Assembly (NCBI RefSeq): GCF_032191835.1
Contig: NC_083243.1
Span: 118,792,001 to 118,856,000 of the forward strand
Origin: Heteronotia binoei
Taxonomy: Eukaryota
DNA length: 64,000 nt
Direction of reading: 5' to 3'
This document shows, piece by piece, positions 36,975-48,436 of the stretch. How positions within the stretch are numbered: position 1 is the first letter of the stretch; the number at the start of each line of letters is the position of its first letter. The translations under genes and the position numbers were made by a program. Below the pieces are notes generated by a model. The model saw only the letters and a program-made list of their open reading frames with translations. It was not told the origin of the DNA and made no database searches.

Positions 36975-39548
36975 CTTCACCCAGAAAGGCCGCCTGTGAG
37001 GGATATTTATCTCCTGGAGGGGCCAGGGGCGTGTTGATGATGCCCCGGATAGCAGCTGCAATCCACGCCAGGGACACATGAGTACTTGTGTGCATGAGCG
37101 CATCAGCATGTCAGCACATGACTGGGACCTTTTTTGGAAAAAAAAGGGGTGGAAGCGGATCCCTGTGGCTCGCTGCTTCCGCATGCTCCTGGTGGCGGTG
37201 GCCGCCTATCCGCCTCCAGATGGCATTTCTGCGACTACCAGCCGGCTCAAATATTTGCGACCACTTTCAAAGTGTGGGCTGGGGATGCCCAGCAGATGTT
37301 TCCATGTGGAGGGATTATTTGAGTCGACTTCAGAGGCATCTCTGTGCTGGCCCAAAGTGCCGGTCTGTAATCAGCCAAGTAATCTGTATTCTCAGATCCA
37401 TTTTGGAAATCAGACAGCTGCTCCTCCAGCCTCTTTGCTTGAGCTAGGTAAACTCCTTGCTTCAGATAGTCCTCAGGCTTAATTCTCCCTGAGATAGTAA
37501 ACCTGAGCCTGAGATGTACCCCTTTATGCTACAGATGAGGTCTTGTGTGATTTATAGTCTTTAACACAAGCACATACACACAAACAAACAAACCCTACCA
37601 CACTGCAAAAAAAAATTGGTGGAGGAGCATAAAATCATATTGTTTCCCACCTGAATTCTGAAAGAATTTAGCCCAGACACATGTTTGCTATTGCAATGGC
37701 ATCGGGCTTTAAAAAACCATAACCATAAGACTACATGAACCAGGGGGGGTTTCCGGTTCCTGGCGGAGCGGTGCGGCGGCGTCTCTAAAGCTCTGTTAGA
37801 GACAAAGCCGAACAAAGGCTTTTGGGGGGGCTTTTTAGTCCGTACTAATCTCCAGTTGTGGAGCGTGTACATAGAAGGGGCGAGGGCAGTGACCAGAATC
37901 TCTGGCTCTCTCTCTTACCTTTATCCCGAAGCCGGCGTCGTCGTCAGATGAATCAGCTCCAGCCTACCGAAGAACGGGGCTGAATGTGGAAGGCGATTTC
38001 GATTGCAAAGTCTGGGTTTGTTATTTTTGTTTGTTTGTTTTTGGGCGCTGCTGAACGAACATAAACAGTAACGGCTTTTGCCGTTCGAGTGTGGCGAGAA
38101 GCTCTGCTGAAGCAGCCGAAGTAGCTGAAGCAGCAAATTGTGGGCGTATAGGCAGCGGAAGCACGGTAACTCGCAAGCCAAGCCGCAGCGTTTGAAACTT
38201 TTTTGGGGGGGTGCCTCTTCATAGAAGGTTTAGTGAGAGGCTTTTTCTTTTGCTGGTGACGAAGAAGTGTTCCCGAGAGGGTCGGTTTGTCGGCGAGCCT
38301 GGACAACAGGGCCTGGATAAACGTGTGGAGAAGAGGAACGAGGATACGTGCGCGCTGATTACACGTCGGCTGTTTTGCTGCAGTTGGAGGACGACTGTGA
38401 GAGGGACCAGCTGTAAGTGGGACGTGACGGAGAGGCAGTACTGGTCGTTAGGTGGTTTGTACAACATCCATGGTGAGAATCTAAGTTTCTGAGGGATCGG
38501 CAAAGTGGCGAGGACTGACGGCCCAACGTAGAGCAAGAGCGACGGTATACGAAGGGGTGGAGCGACGGAACGACAGAGGGGCGGCATAGGGAGAAGACGA
38601 CGACGAGGCAAGAAAGGAAAGTAAAGGGGACAGTGAACTAAACCACTAGGGGTGCTTTATTGACATGAAGTGATATAGGCATTAGTTAATATTACTGCTA
38701 TAATTTAATTGGTTTATGCCTATTTCACATTAGTCTTTATCCTTTTGAATATACTCCTTGTCTCTGTTGCTATTTGCTGTTACTTATCACTGTTGTCATT
38801 TATCCCTGTTTCCTGTTTCTTGTTTATCTGTTCTGGTACCTATATTGTAATATACCAGATAGAGAGATGTCTCAACAACCTAAATCCAAATTTTCCCCTG
38901 GCCAGCCCAAGGTGGTGGGATCAGCACTATCGCAAGATGCCCTAAAAGAATTACAGCAAACATTCGTGGAAACCTTAGGTCAAGTCCAGAAAACATTAAG
39001 TGGCCAAATGGAGGGGTTAGCTAGTAAGTTGGTAGGGCTAGAGTCTCAATCCAAAGATACTAAAAAGGAAATAGAGGAGTTACTCAAGATTACCAAATCG
39101 ATTGAAAACAACCAAAAATTAACTGATTCCCAGGTAGAAGAGATCGAGGTAAAACAAGTGGACCTAGATAGAAAGCTAGCAAGGTTGGAAATGGATCGAG
39201 CCGAATATATTTTGAGATTTATGAACATCCCGGAGGAAAAAAATGAGAACTTGCACACTATCTTAGCAGAGGCTTTGATGGATATATTTAACATGAAGAG
39301 GGAAGAAATAGAACTAGAATTCGACTATATACATAGAGTAAACTCATTTTATGCTAGAAAGAATGATTTGCCGAGGGAAATACATCTTAAATTTACGATG
39401 ATGTCATCAAGGTACACCAATTCAGTAATGCCAGGGACCTCTCGACCCGAAGGTGACGGGAGCGAGACGAAAACTTAAAGTCCCCGCACCCTTCTCCGTC
39501 AACGCCTTCCCTCCGCGAACCTGGAGCCCGAGGAAGTCCACGGCAGCT

Positions 39549-40911
39549 ATGGACGCCGTGGAACAGCGATACCGGGCCCTCGCCACAGGCGGAGGGGAAG
39601 GAGAGGAGGAAGAGACCAGAGACGAGGGACTCGGCACCTACGGCAGAGGGGACCCGATCAGAACGCTACGCAACGAGCTGTTCGATTGGGTGAAGGAGAT
39701 CCACGACGAGGTCCACGCGTCCCGGGCGTTGATGGCCGAGGAGATGCAACAGAACCTAGGAGCGATTCGCGACCAGATACGCACGCTCCAGGGCGCCGCA
39801 CCCGTGGGCCCGATTCCGAGGGGGTGGTCCCGTGGGGCCAACACCGGCTGCCCTTCCGGCCCCACCGCCGGGTGGACCCGCCCCACCCGCGCCGCCCGTG
39901 GTTCCAGCGGCCCCAGCCGTACCGGCGGCCCCGGCGCCCCCCGCACCCGCCGCCCCAGCGGTTCCGGCAGTGCCGGCGGCCCCGGCTCCCGTCGCCCCGG
40001 TGGTACTGGCCCCAGCGGCCCCTGCCGCCCCGGCCGGGGGAGATGGCGGGGGGGCCAGGGAACTAAAGATTACGTTCGACGGAGACGGGGACGAAGTCGA
40101 GTACTTCACAATCCAGTGCAACACGTTTTTTACGCACTGGGGAGCGGGTTACCCCACGGAAGCGAGCCGGGTCGACCACATCACCTCCAAGCTACGGGGG
40201 CCGGCTCGGAAATGGTATGTGGGGCTCTACACGGGAAGGAAGCCCGAGCTGGCCACGGTGGCCGACTTCCTGCAGGCGATGCTCTGACAGTACAGAGATC
40301 CCCTGAGGGAGGAGAAAGCCATCGAGGCACTACAAAGGATCGAGCAAGGGAACCGCACCACGTGCGAGTACGCCACTGAATTCATGGGCCACTGCGCGGC
40401 AGCCAGGGGCTGGAACGAGGTGATGAAGTACACCGCGTTCAAGAACAGTGTGAACGCGAACATCCTTGACCGGTGCTACCACCAAGGGAGACCCGACACC
40501 TTGGTGGGATGGATTCAGCTGGCGGGGAAGGTAGAGACCGACCTCCAACATGTTGGGATGTGGCACCAGCAACAAGGCAAGAAGGGGGGGAAGCAGAGTC
40601 CCGCATCCGGCAAACCCGAAGGGAAGCGGGCCCCTGCAACCTCGACCCCCACTACTGCGGCTCGGAAGTGCTTCAGATGTGGGGACCCGAATCACCTGGC
40701 CGCCAACTGCCCGGTGAGGCTGACGCCGACCCCTACTCAACCCAAGCCGGCGCCCACCGCGCAGAAGAAGAAAGGCAGCCGCTCCAAGGAGCCCAGTCGG
40801 GGCGCCGTCGCCACCTCCTTGGCGATTGACGAGGATGTTACCACCATAGAAGAGTCCAGCGAGGAGTCCTGGGACCAGGAGTCGGCGGGAAACGACAGCG
40901 ACCTGCTTTAA
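39549..40911 (+). pseudogene. Gypsy-1 gag (PEG10/RTL-like capsid + CCHC knuckle)
   Basis: ITFDGD..EVEYF..QC, LRGPARKWY, CFRCGDPNHLAANCP; one frameshift near 39830 and a premature TGA at 40285-40287. Confidence 0.88.
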
Positions 40912-40947
40912 TCGGTGCCGCAAAGCAGGTCCAGGAAACGCCGGCAC
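40887..40947 (+). promoter_or_regulatory. Predicted -1 programmed ribosomal frameshift signal (G GGA AAC + H-type pseudoknot)
   Basis: Heptamer 40887-40893 in gag frame; 6-nt spacer; stem 1 GACCTGCTTT/AAAGCAGGTC (40900-40909/40922-40931); stem 2 GTGCCG/CGGCAC (40915-40920/40942-40947); -1 frame runs into the protease ORF at 40953. Confidence 0.8.
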
Positions 40948-40952
40948 TACTG

Positions 40953-42790
40953 ATGGTGAGAGTTACCGGGGGGCTATTGTTCATGGCAGTCACCCTCCTG
41001 AACCCCAACCTTAAGAGATTTATGCACGCCTGCACCCTGATTGATTCCGGGTCCACCCGAGACATTATCACCCCGCGCCTAGTGGAGGCGTTAGGACTGG
41101 CCACATCCCCCCTTCCCCACCCCATCCAATTCGAACAGATGGACGGGTCAACCATGAGAGGGGAACCATGCACCCTAGAGACCCAAGCTACCCCCGTGGG
41201 GACGGAGGAGCACCGGGGGATAGAAACTTTCATCATAGCCCCGTCCTCCTCCTTTGACGTGGTAGTGGGAGTAGGGTGGCTCGCCAGGCACCAACCGGAC
41301 ATTCGATGGGCTGAGCAGATTGTACGATTCCCGGACTGGCGGTGTGAGCACCACCACTGGAGGACTGAGTGGGGCCCGAAAGCACCTCCCCAGAACGAGA
41401 GACTCTGCCTCACCCTTGAGGAGATAGGGACGATCCCCAAGGAATACAGGGACTTGAGGAAAGCCTTTAGTGAGCGGGAGGCGGACGAGCTTCCTCCACA
41501 CCGCCCTACAGACTGTGCCATCGAGCTGATCCCAGGGCAGGCGCTACCCAAGGCGAAACTGTATCAAATGGGGTGAGCGGAGAAAGCCGAACTGAGAAAA
41601 TTCATTGACAAAAATTTGAAACGGGGTTTCATCCGGCCGGCCACGGCCCCCCACGCGGCCCCGGTCCTATTCCGCAAGAAAAAGGATGGGGGTCTGAGGC
41701 TTTGCACAGATTTTCGTGGGATAAACGGGATTTCCATGTCCAATGCTTATCCGATCCCACTGATAAGAGACCTATTGAACACTGTGGCCGAGGGTAAAAT
41801 TTTCACCAAACTCGATCTCCGCGACGCGTACTTCCGTGTGCAGATTAAAGAAGGGGACGAGTGGAAAACAGCATTCAATACACCCATGGGACAATTTGAA
41901 TACTTGGTGATGCCTTTTGGGCTTCAGGGGGCGCCGGGGGTATTCATGAATTTCATCAATGAAGTGTTGAGAGAATTTTTGTACAAGGGGGTGGTGGTGT
42001 ACCTTGATGACATCATTATTTATTCTAAAGACCTTGAATCGCATGTGCCTTTGGTGAGAAAAGTGTTAACAACTTTGTGCAAAAACAAATTGTATGCTAA
42101 ACTGTCCAAATGTGAGTTCCACAAAACGGAACTAGACTACCTGAGCAGGGGCTTAGCTCCGCGTACCATCCGCAGACGGACGGACAGACGGAGAGGGTGA
42201 ACGGGCTTCTCGAGCAGTACTTGCGGTGCTATATCAATTACCAACAAACAAATTGGGTGGAACTCCTCCCCTTCGCAGAATATGGGTACAACAACAACCT
42301 CCATAGCTCCACCAAAACCTCCCCCTTCCAAATAGTCAATGGCTACGAGGGAAACCCTTCCCTAACCTTCCCCTACCATCCGGGTCTCCGGAGCCCACTT
42401 CATGTCAACAATGGTGGGAAGGGGTGCGGGAGGGGTGGAGAGTGATTCAAGAAAATCTGGAGGAGGCGAAAAGGGAGTACAAACGGCACTTTGACAAAAA
42501 GCACGCCCCCCAATGGGAACTGAAAGAGGGAGAGGCAAAGATCCTGGAGCTACGTCCTTCCATCCTCGCCCTCCGGAGCCGCCTCCGACCCTAGTGAAGG
42601 GTCAGAGTCACCATGAGGTGCAGGAAATTCTGGACTCAAAAGTCCAACGGGGTGTGTTGTACTACCTTATCAGGTGGAAATACTTCCCCCGAGCTGTGAT
42701 GAATGGGTAAAGGCTAGCGATGTATCCGCTCCGCAACTGCTCAAAAGGTTTCACCTACTGTACCCACACAAGCCCAAGGCGAAGAGCTAA
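40953..42790 (+). pseudogene. Gypsy-1 pol remnant (protease, RT N-half, IN C-half, chromodomain)
   Basis: [50 protein letters not shown]...YYLIRWKYF; stop at 41574-41576 and deletions. Confidence 0.9.
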
Positions 42791-43704
42791 GGGGGGGCAG
42801 TATGTCAGAACTTGTAACTTTTGCTCTATTTGCCTTGACCAAACCGACTCCATGCTGTAACTTAGTATTAACATAGAGTGCCTGGCCTCAGCAATTAACC
42901 CTGGCCCCTTAGCTATGCCAAATATTTAGGGCAGCAGAGCAGGCGGCAGATAGTCTCTGCTTAACATCCACAGGTGCCCTTTGAAGACAGGCTGTTTGGC
43001 CTTCACCACAGGGGAGCATCCTCCCTTCTGATAACGAAGGCTGGGAAAAGAGACACTTGTCTGTGACCGTGTGAATGATAGCTTTATTGTACTTTACTGA
43101 TGGCATAAAATGTAACCAACTGCCAAGAATTGGCATTACTGTTATTTCGTTGCTCTAGCACTGTAGTTCTTCAATAAAGATCCTAACTTTGTAACAAGTC
43201 TTGGAATCGTTTGAAGTTCGTCCCAGTTCTGACAAAAAGGACTAAGGAGAGGGTCTGGATGGCCACAAGAGAACAACCGCTTATAATAAAAGGGACAAGA
43301 ATAAGAATCATGCGAGAAATTCCATGGTCAATAAGAAATAAAAGAAAAGATTATAAGAAGTTAGCAGTAATTTTACAGGAAAAGGGAATAGCTTATAGGT
43401 GGCTCACGCCAGAGGGATTATTGTTTACTGCTTCAAACACTAGATACAGGATTGATTCCACTTGCAAGCTTGAGGAGTTCCTAAAAAGACAAACGGGGAG
43501 CGGGTTAAAGAAAACAGAACGAAGGAACTCCAATGATGTAGAGGGCAAATTAGTGCAGCCCGAGGTAATGGATATAGATCTGAGTGAACAAGAGGAGGGG
43601 GAGGTGCGAACTGGAACTAGAGACGGTCAAGTTTTAAGGGAGACCAGACAACAGGAAAAAAAGACAACACAACAAACAGAAGTTAAGGACTGGTAAACTT
43701 AACC

Positions 43705-46700
43705 ATGATCACGCAACTAAAGATATTGTCGTTAAATGTAAATGGACTGAACTCTCCACAGAAAAGGAAACGAGTCTTTTTACAACTCAAAAAATTTAAG
43801 GCCGATATCATCTGCCTGCAGGAAACACATATAAAACAAAGAGATGAAGCATTGCTCCAAAATAGGAGGTTTGGAAAGGCAATAATTTCCTCAGAGAGAG
43901 ATAAGAAAAAAAGAGGTTTGGTTACATATATTAAAGAAGATATCCAGGCGAAGTTGATTTTTGAGGCCGAAGACGCAAGATACCAAGGAATCCAAATTAC
44001 TAAAGGACAACAAAATTTCTTGCTCATAAATATATACGCACCTAATGGCAACCAGGGAAACTTTTATAAGAAGTTACACCGGGTGGTTGACATTCATAAG
44101 CCGGAGAGTATTTGTTTAATTGGAGATCTTAACGCTGTGACTTGCCCAAAACTAGATAAGGAATATGGTAAGGAAAGAAAGAAATAGAGATCATCCACAT
44201 GCAAAGTTCTTCCAGATGGTTTTTTCCGAATGGCGGATGAATATGTTTTAGTGGATGTTTGGCGAACTCTAAATCCGAACAGGAAAGATTTTACCTTCTT
44301 TTCAAACAGACATAGTTCCTGGTCTCGGATCGATATGTGCTGGGTTTCAGCTCCATTAATGAAAGATGTAGAAGAGGCTGAAATTCATCCCAGAACAGTT
44401 GCAGATCACAGCCCATTTATGATTCATATTAAGGGAGAAAGGAAAAGGCAAGGCTGGAGAATGAATTCGAGGTTAATGGATAATAAGAAATTTGTACAGT
44501 ACGTTGAAAAAGAAATGAAAGACTTTTTTATTGGAATATCCGGGAAGAAACAACATTCATGATGGTTTGGGAAGCAAGCAAAGCTTTCTTTAGAGGTTTA
44601 GTAATAAGCTTCAATGCACAAAAAAAAACGTGAAGAAAATAAAAGGTTAAATGAAATGATGGAAGCAATAAAAGGGAGAGAAAAGCAACTGAAAGAAAAT
44701 CCTGCGATACAGGATATAAAGGATGAGATTAAAATCCTTCAACATAAGATTCCTTTATTTTTTCTGGAGGAGATGGAGAAAAAAATACGTCTCGCCAAAC
44801 AATATTTTTTCGAAAATGCTAATAAGCCTGGAAGATGGCTCGCATACAAAATTAGGAAAGAACGAGATAATAAAATCATCAAAATTTTGAAAGATAAAGA
44901 GGGAAATTATAAACACACACAAGAAGGAATGAAATCGATAATAAAGGACTTCTACACGCAACTTTATGGACCCAGGGAGATGGACAAAACACAACAAGAA
45001 GATTATCTGATGAAAAAGTCGTTGTCAAAATTAACATCGGAACAAAAGGAGGGACTGAACCGGCCTATAGCGATGTATGAAATTGAAGAAGTCTGGAGTA
45101 AATTGAAGAAAAACAAAGCAGCTGGCCCAGATGGTATTCCGGCGGAATACTATATTGTGTTTAAAGAGACCATAATCAATCATTTTAAAAAGGTTCTTGA
45201 AGAGGTTTGGTCTAAAGCAGATATACTGGATTCCTGGAAAGTGGCGAACATAACGCTTATTCCTAAAACAACTCAAGGGTTAGACGAGGTTAAGAACTAT
45301 AGGCTGATCTCATTACTCAATGTGGACTATAAAATTTATTCAGCTATTTTGGCCAACAGGTTAAAGAAGGTATTAAACAAATTAATACACACAGATCAAA
45401 CTGGATTTCTTCCTAATAGGCACATGAGTTCCAACCTAAGAACCATATTAAATGTTTTAGAGTATTATGAAATCGCCGAGAAGAAACAATTGGCTTTGTT
45501 TTTCATAGACGCGGAGAAAGCATTTGATAACTTAGATTGGGATTTTTTGCTTGGTCAGTTAAAGATGATGGATTTTGGAGAAGATTTTATTCAAAATGTG
45601 AAAGCCATATATAAGGATCAAAGGGCAAAAATAGATCTCGTGAACGGAGATCTAACAGAAGAAATTAATTTAAGAAAAGGTACTAGACAGGGATGCCCAC
45701 TGTCCCCATTACTTTTTGTGTTATCCCTGGAAATTTTACTGGAGTCTATAAGGAATAATGAAAAAATAAAAGGTTTAGAGATTAAAGATGAAAGCTATAA
45801 AGTGCTAGCTTATGCGGATGACTTGGTTTTAATTGTACAAGATCCAATAGAATCAACTGATGAAGTTTTAAAAGAGTTAAATGAATACGGGCAGGTTGCA
45901 GGATTAAAGGTAAATTATAAGAAGTCAAAGATCATAACAAAAAATATGTCCACCTATGATATCCAGGCTGTTGAAAAAAGAACAGGTTTCCAGAGGGAAA
46001 TGAAAGTTAAATATTTAGGGATAATGCTGAGTAGTAAATGCAGTAATATATATGAACTTAATTATGAACCTCTTTTAAAAGAACTTGAAGATAAGTTAAA
46101 GAAATGGCGAACCTTACAACTTTCCTTTATGGGAAGAATTGCTTTGATTAAGATGTATATACTACCTAAGGTGTTGTTTTTATTTCAAATGGTTAATTTC
46201 GCAACTAGGAAAGTTTTTTTTGTCAGGATAGAACAGATGATTAGATCTTTTATATGGTTAGACAAGAAACCGAGGATTAAATGGAAAATTTTGACGGACA
46301 CCAAGCAAAATGGAGGTTTAGGTCTCCCAGACTGGGAAAATTATCATACAGCATGCGGTACACTCTGGTTGCTTGATTGGATAGGGCTTGAAAATAAAAG
46401 AATATTAACGTTAGAAGGTTTTAATTTACTAAATGGCTAGCATTTCAATTTATGGTATGCAGAGAAAACACAGAAGTACTTTGTTAATCATCTGATTCGT
46501 AAAGGGATATACAACGTTTGGTTGAAACTTAAAAGGAAAATTTATAATAAAGTCCCGAGATGGATATCACCTAATGAGGCCTCAATACAGCCACAGTTAA
46601 GGGATTACACAAAGACAGTTAGATACCAAGACCTATTAGATGGAAATGATAGAATAAGAGGGAAAGAGGACTTGGAAGAGAAAGGCATAAAATTAGATTG

Positions 46701-47445
46701 GTGGTCCATGACACAGGTAATGGCTAAATTTAATAAGGATAAGCTGGTTGGGTTTACCAACTCTAGATTTGATTTTGATAAAATTTTATTAAATAAGGTG
46801 GACAAAATAATTAAAAAAACATATAACTATATGATGCAGATGAAATTAGAGGACAAAGCCGTCAAAGAAGTAATGCTGAAATGGTCCAAAAACCTGGCAA
46901 AATATATAGACCTAGAAACTTGGTTGCTTTTTTGGAAATTAAACTATAAAACTATTAAGCCGATTAACTTCAGAGAAAACTTTTTTAAATTATTTCACAG
47001 ATGGCACGTTACCCCCGTCCAACTAAATAAGATCAATCCGACCACTCCCCCAAAATGCTGGAAATGCGGGATAATGATAGGTTCATTTTTCCACCTTTGG
47101 TGGACATGCACATTGGCAAAGAAATTTTGGGTCAAAATTTATGAAATATTGAAAGCGATGCTAAATATAAATTGGCAATTTAAACCCGAAGTTATGTTAC
47201 TTTCCTTAGTGAGAAAGGAAGTCCCCCAAGAGGAGGAGCATCTGACAATATATGTATTAACAGCAGCAAGAATCGTATACGCTAGGCACTGGAGACAAAA
47301 AGAGTGCCCAGAACTAGAGGAGGTTGTAGACAAAGTACTACAAGCTGCGGAGATGGATATTCTGTCAAATATGTTGAAAGGGACACCCAAAGCTGAAGCA
47401 ACAAAAAAGTGGGAAAAGTTTTATAAATGGCTAAAAAAGGAATGA
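43705..47445 (+). pseudogene. L1 #2 ORF2 (APE endonuclease, RT, CCHC), lightly disrupted
   Basis: LNVNGLN, LQETH, IYAPNG, IGDLN, SRID, DHSP, KAAGPDG, DAEKAFD, GTRQGCPLSP, YADD, CWKC..HLWWTC; stops at ~44185 and ~46438, frameshift ~44560-44614. Confidence 0.93.
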
Positions 47446-48085
47446 GGTACATAGGTTCGTAGATATAAGGCATTGTTATAGTAAATAGGGATAAAAAGTG
47501 GATATGAAGATGTGTGATGTTAAACTGGTTTGATACTGCATACAGTCTCATTTGGAAGAACAGAGATGGATTATAGCTCTGATTTCAGTTTGTTTTTATT
47601 AATTTTCTTACTTTATATAAGTCTATTTGTTTGCGAACTGTTGTGGATATACTGTTTTGTTAATTTTTGGGGTTGAAATAAAACTTTTGAAAACTTAAAA
47701 AAAAAAAAAAAAGACTACATGAACCAGTCAAACTGTTTACCAGTACCAAATTTCATCAACTTTTCCATCCAGAAACAGGCCATCAAGAAAAGTAATTCAA
47801 AGCATTTCAAGCAATTTAGCTTAACCACACTAGGCTTGCCAATCCCCAGGTCCCAGTGGGGGATCTCTGGTTTTGCAGGCTCCTTCCTACCCCCAGTCGG
47901 CTGTCCGGTAGGGGGAGAAGCCCCACCACCACAGCCAGCACCTGCCTTTCCACTTTAGAACTAGAGGAACCATGGAAAGACTTGCTTTCTGGATAGTGTG
48001 TCTGTGCCTTTAAATCTAGGACCCAGCCAGGCTGAATTGGGTTGGGGTGAGCCAGTAGAACAAGATGGCTGCTCACAGCTGTGAA

Positions 48086-48254
48086 GCTGTAGCAGTCCAG
48101 AGACCCTCCGTTTGCTTCACAATCCTTTTAGAAGACATTTGCATAGTAAAGGAGGAACTAGAACCTTTGCTGTAGCAATCCAGAGACCCTCCATTTGTTT
48201 CACAATCCTTTTAGAAGTTGTTTGCATAGTAAAGAAGGAACTAGAACCTTTGCT
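48086..48254. repeat. Tandem duplication, two ~83-bp copies
   Basis: GCTGTAGCA(G/A)TCCAGAGACCCTCC...GAACTAGAACCTTTGCT occurs twice. Confidence 0.9.
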
Positions 48255-48436
48255 TTCCTTGTGTTAGTCTGATAGAACTTGGATCTTCAACTCGTGAGTA
48301 AATTGCCCCAGTGAGACCACACAAGTGTGGGATAGCAGACTGTTTATTTTGGCTGCTCTCTCCTTCTGTGTGTGTGTGTATGTGTGTGAAAGAGAGAGAA
48401 CGGGAGAGGGTACTGGGACATGGCCTGCTTGGGTAT

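Larger units (their letters stand above)
30713..37376. mobile_element. PIF/Harbinger DNA transposon, degenerate, ~6.7 kb
   Basis: Transposase and Myb/SANT remnants; imperfect inverted ends GGCTGAGAACAG...TTGGGCCGGCACA vs reverse complement of TGTGCTGGCCCAAA...CTGTAATCAGCC; 3-bp flanks GAG/AAG do not match exactly, so boundaries are approximate. Confidence 0.75.
39398..43234 (+). mobile_element. Ty3/Gypsy chromovirus (Tf1/sushi group) Gypsy-1: no 5' LTR, two internal deletions
   Basis: gag, protease, RT, partial IN, chromodomain; PPT GGGGGGG before 3' LTR 42803-43234 (TGTCAGAAC...GTTCTGACA); deletions at 42143/42144 (~1.4 kb, RT end-RNase H-IN core) and ~42534. Confidence 0.93.
38867..43696 (+). 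pseudogene. L1 #2 ORF1, split by Gypsy-1 (38867-39397 + 43235-43696)
   Basis: Coiled coil, LRFMNIPEE, HRVNS, LPREIHLKFT|KRTKERVW...IRIMREIP, YRWLTPEGL; aligns with ORF1 of L1 #1 and #3. Confidence 0.88.
37744..47710 (+). mobile_element. L1-clade LINE #2, full length, interrupted by a Gypsy element
   Basis: 17-bp TSD AAGACTACATGAACCAG (37727-37743 / 47711-47727); CpG-rich ~1.1 kb 5'UTR; poly(A) tail. Confidence 0.95.

Noticed and set aside
30743-37482. Dozens of overlapping ORFs on both strands
   Set aside because: Expected in a GC-rich decayed transposon; only the frames with transposase or Myb/SANT motifs were kept
38219-38611. 130-aa antisense ORF in the L1 #2 5'UTR as an ORF0 analogue
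   Set aside because: Non-ATG start, GC-rich context and no second copy to show conservation
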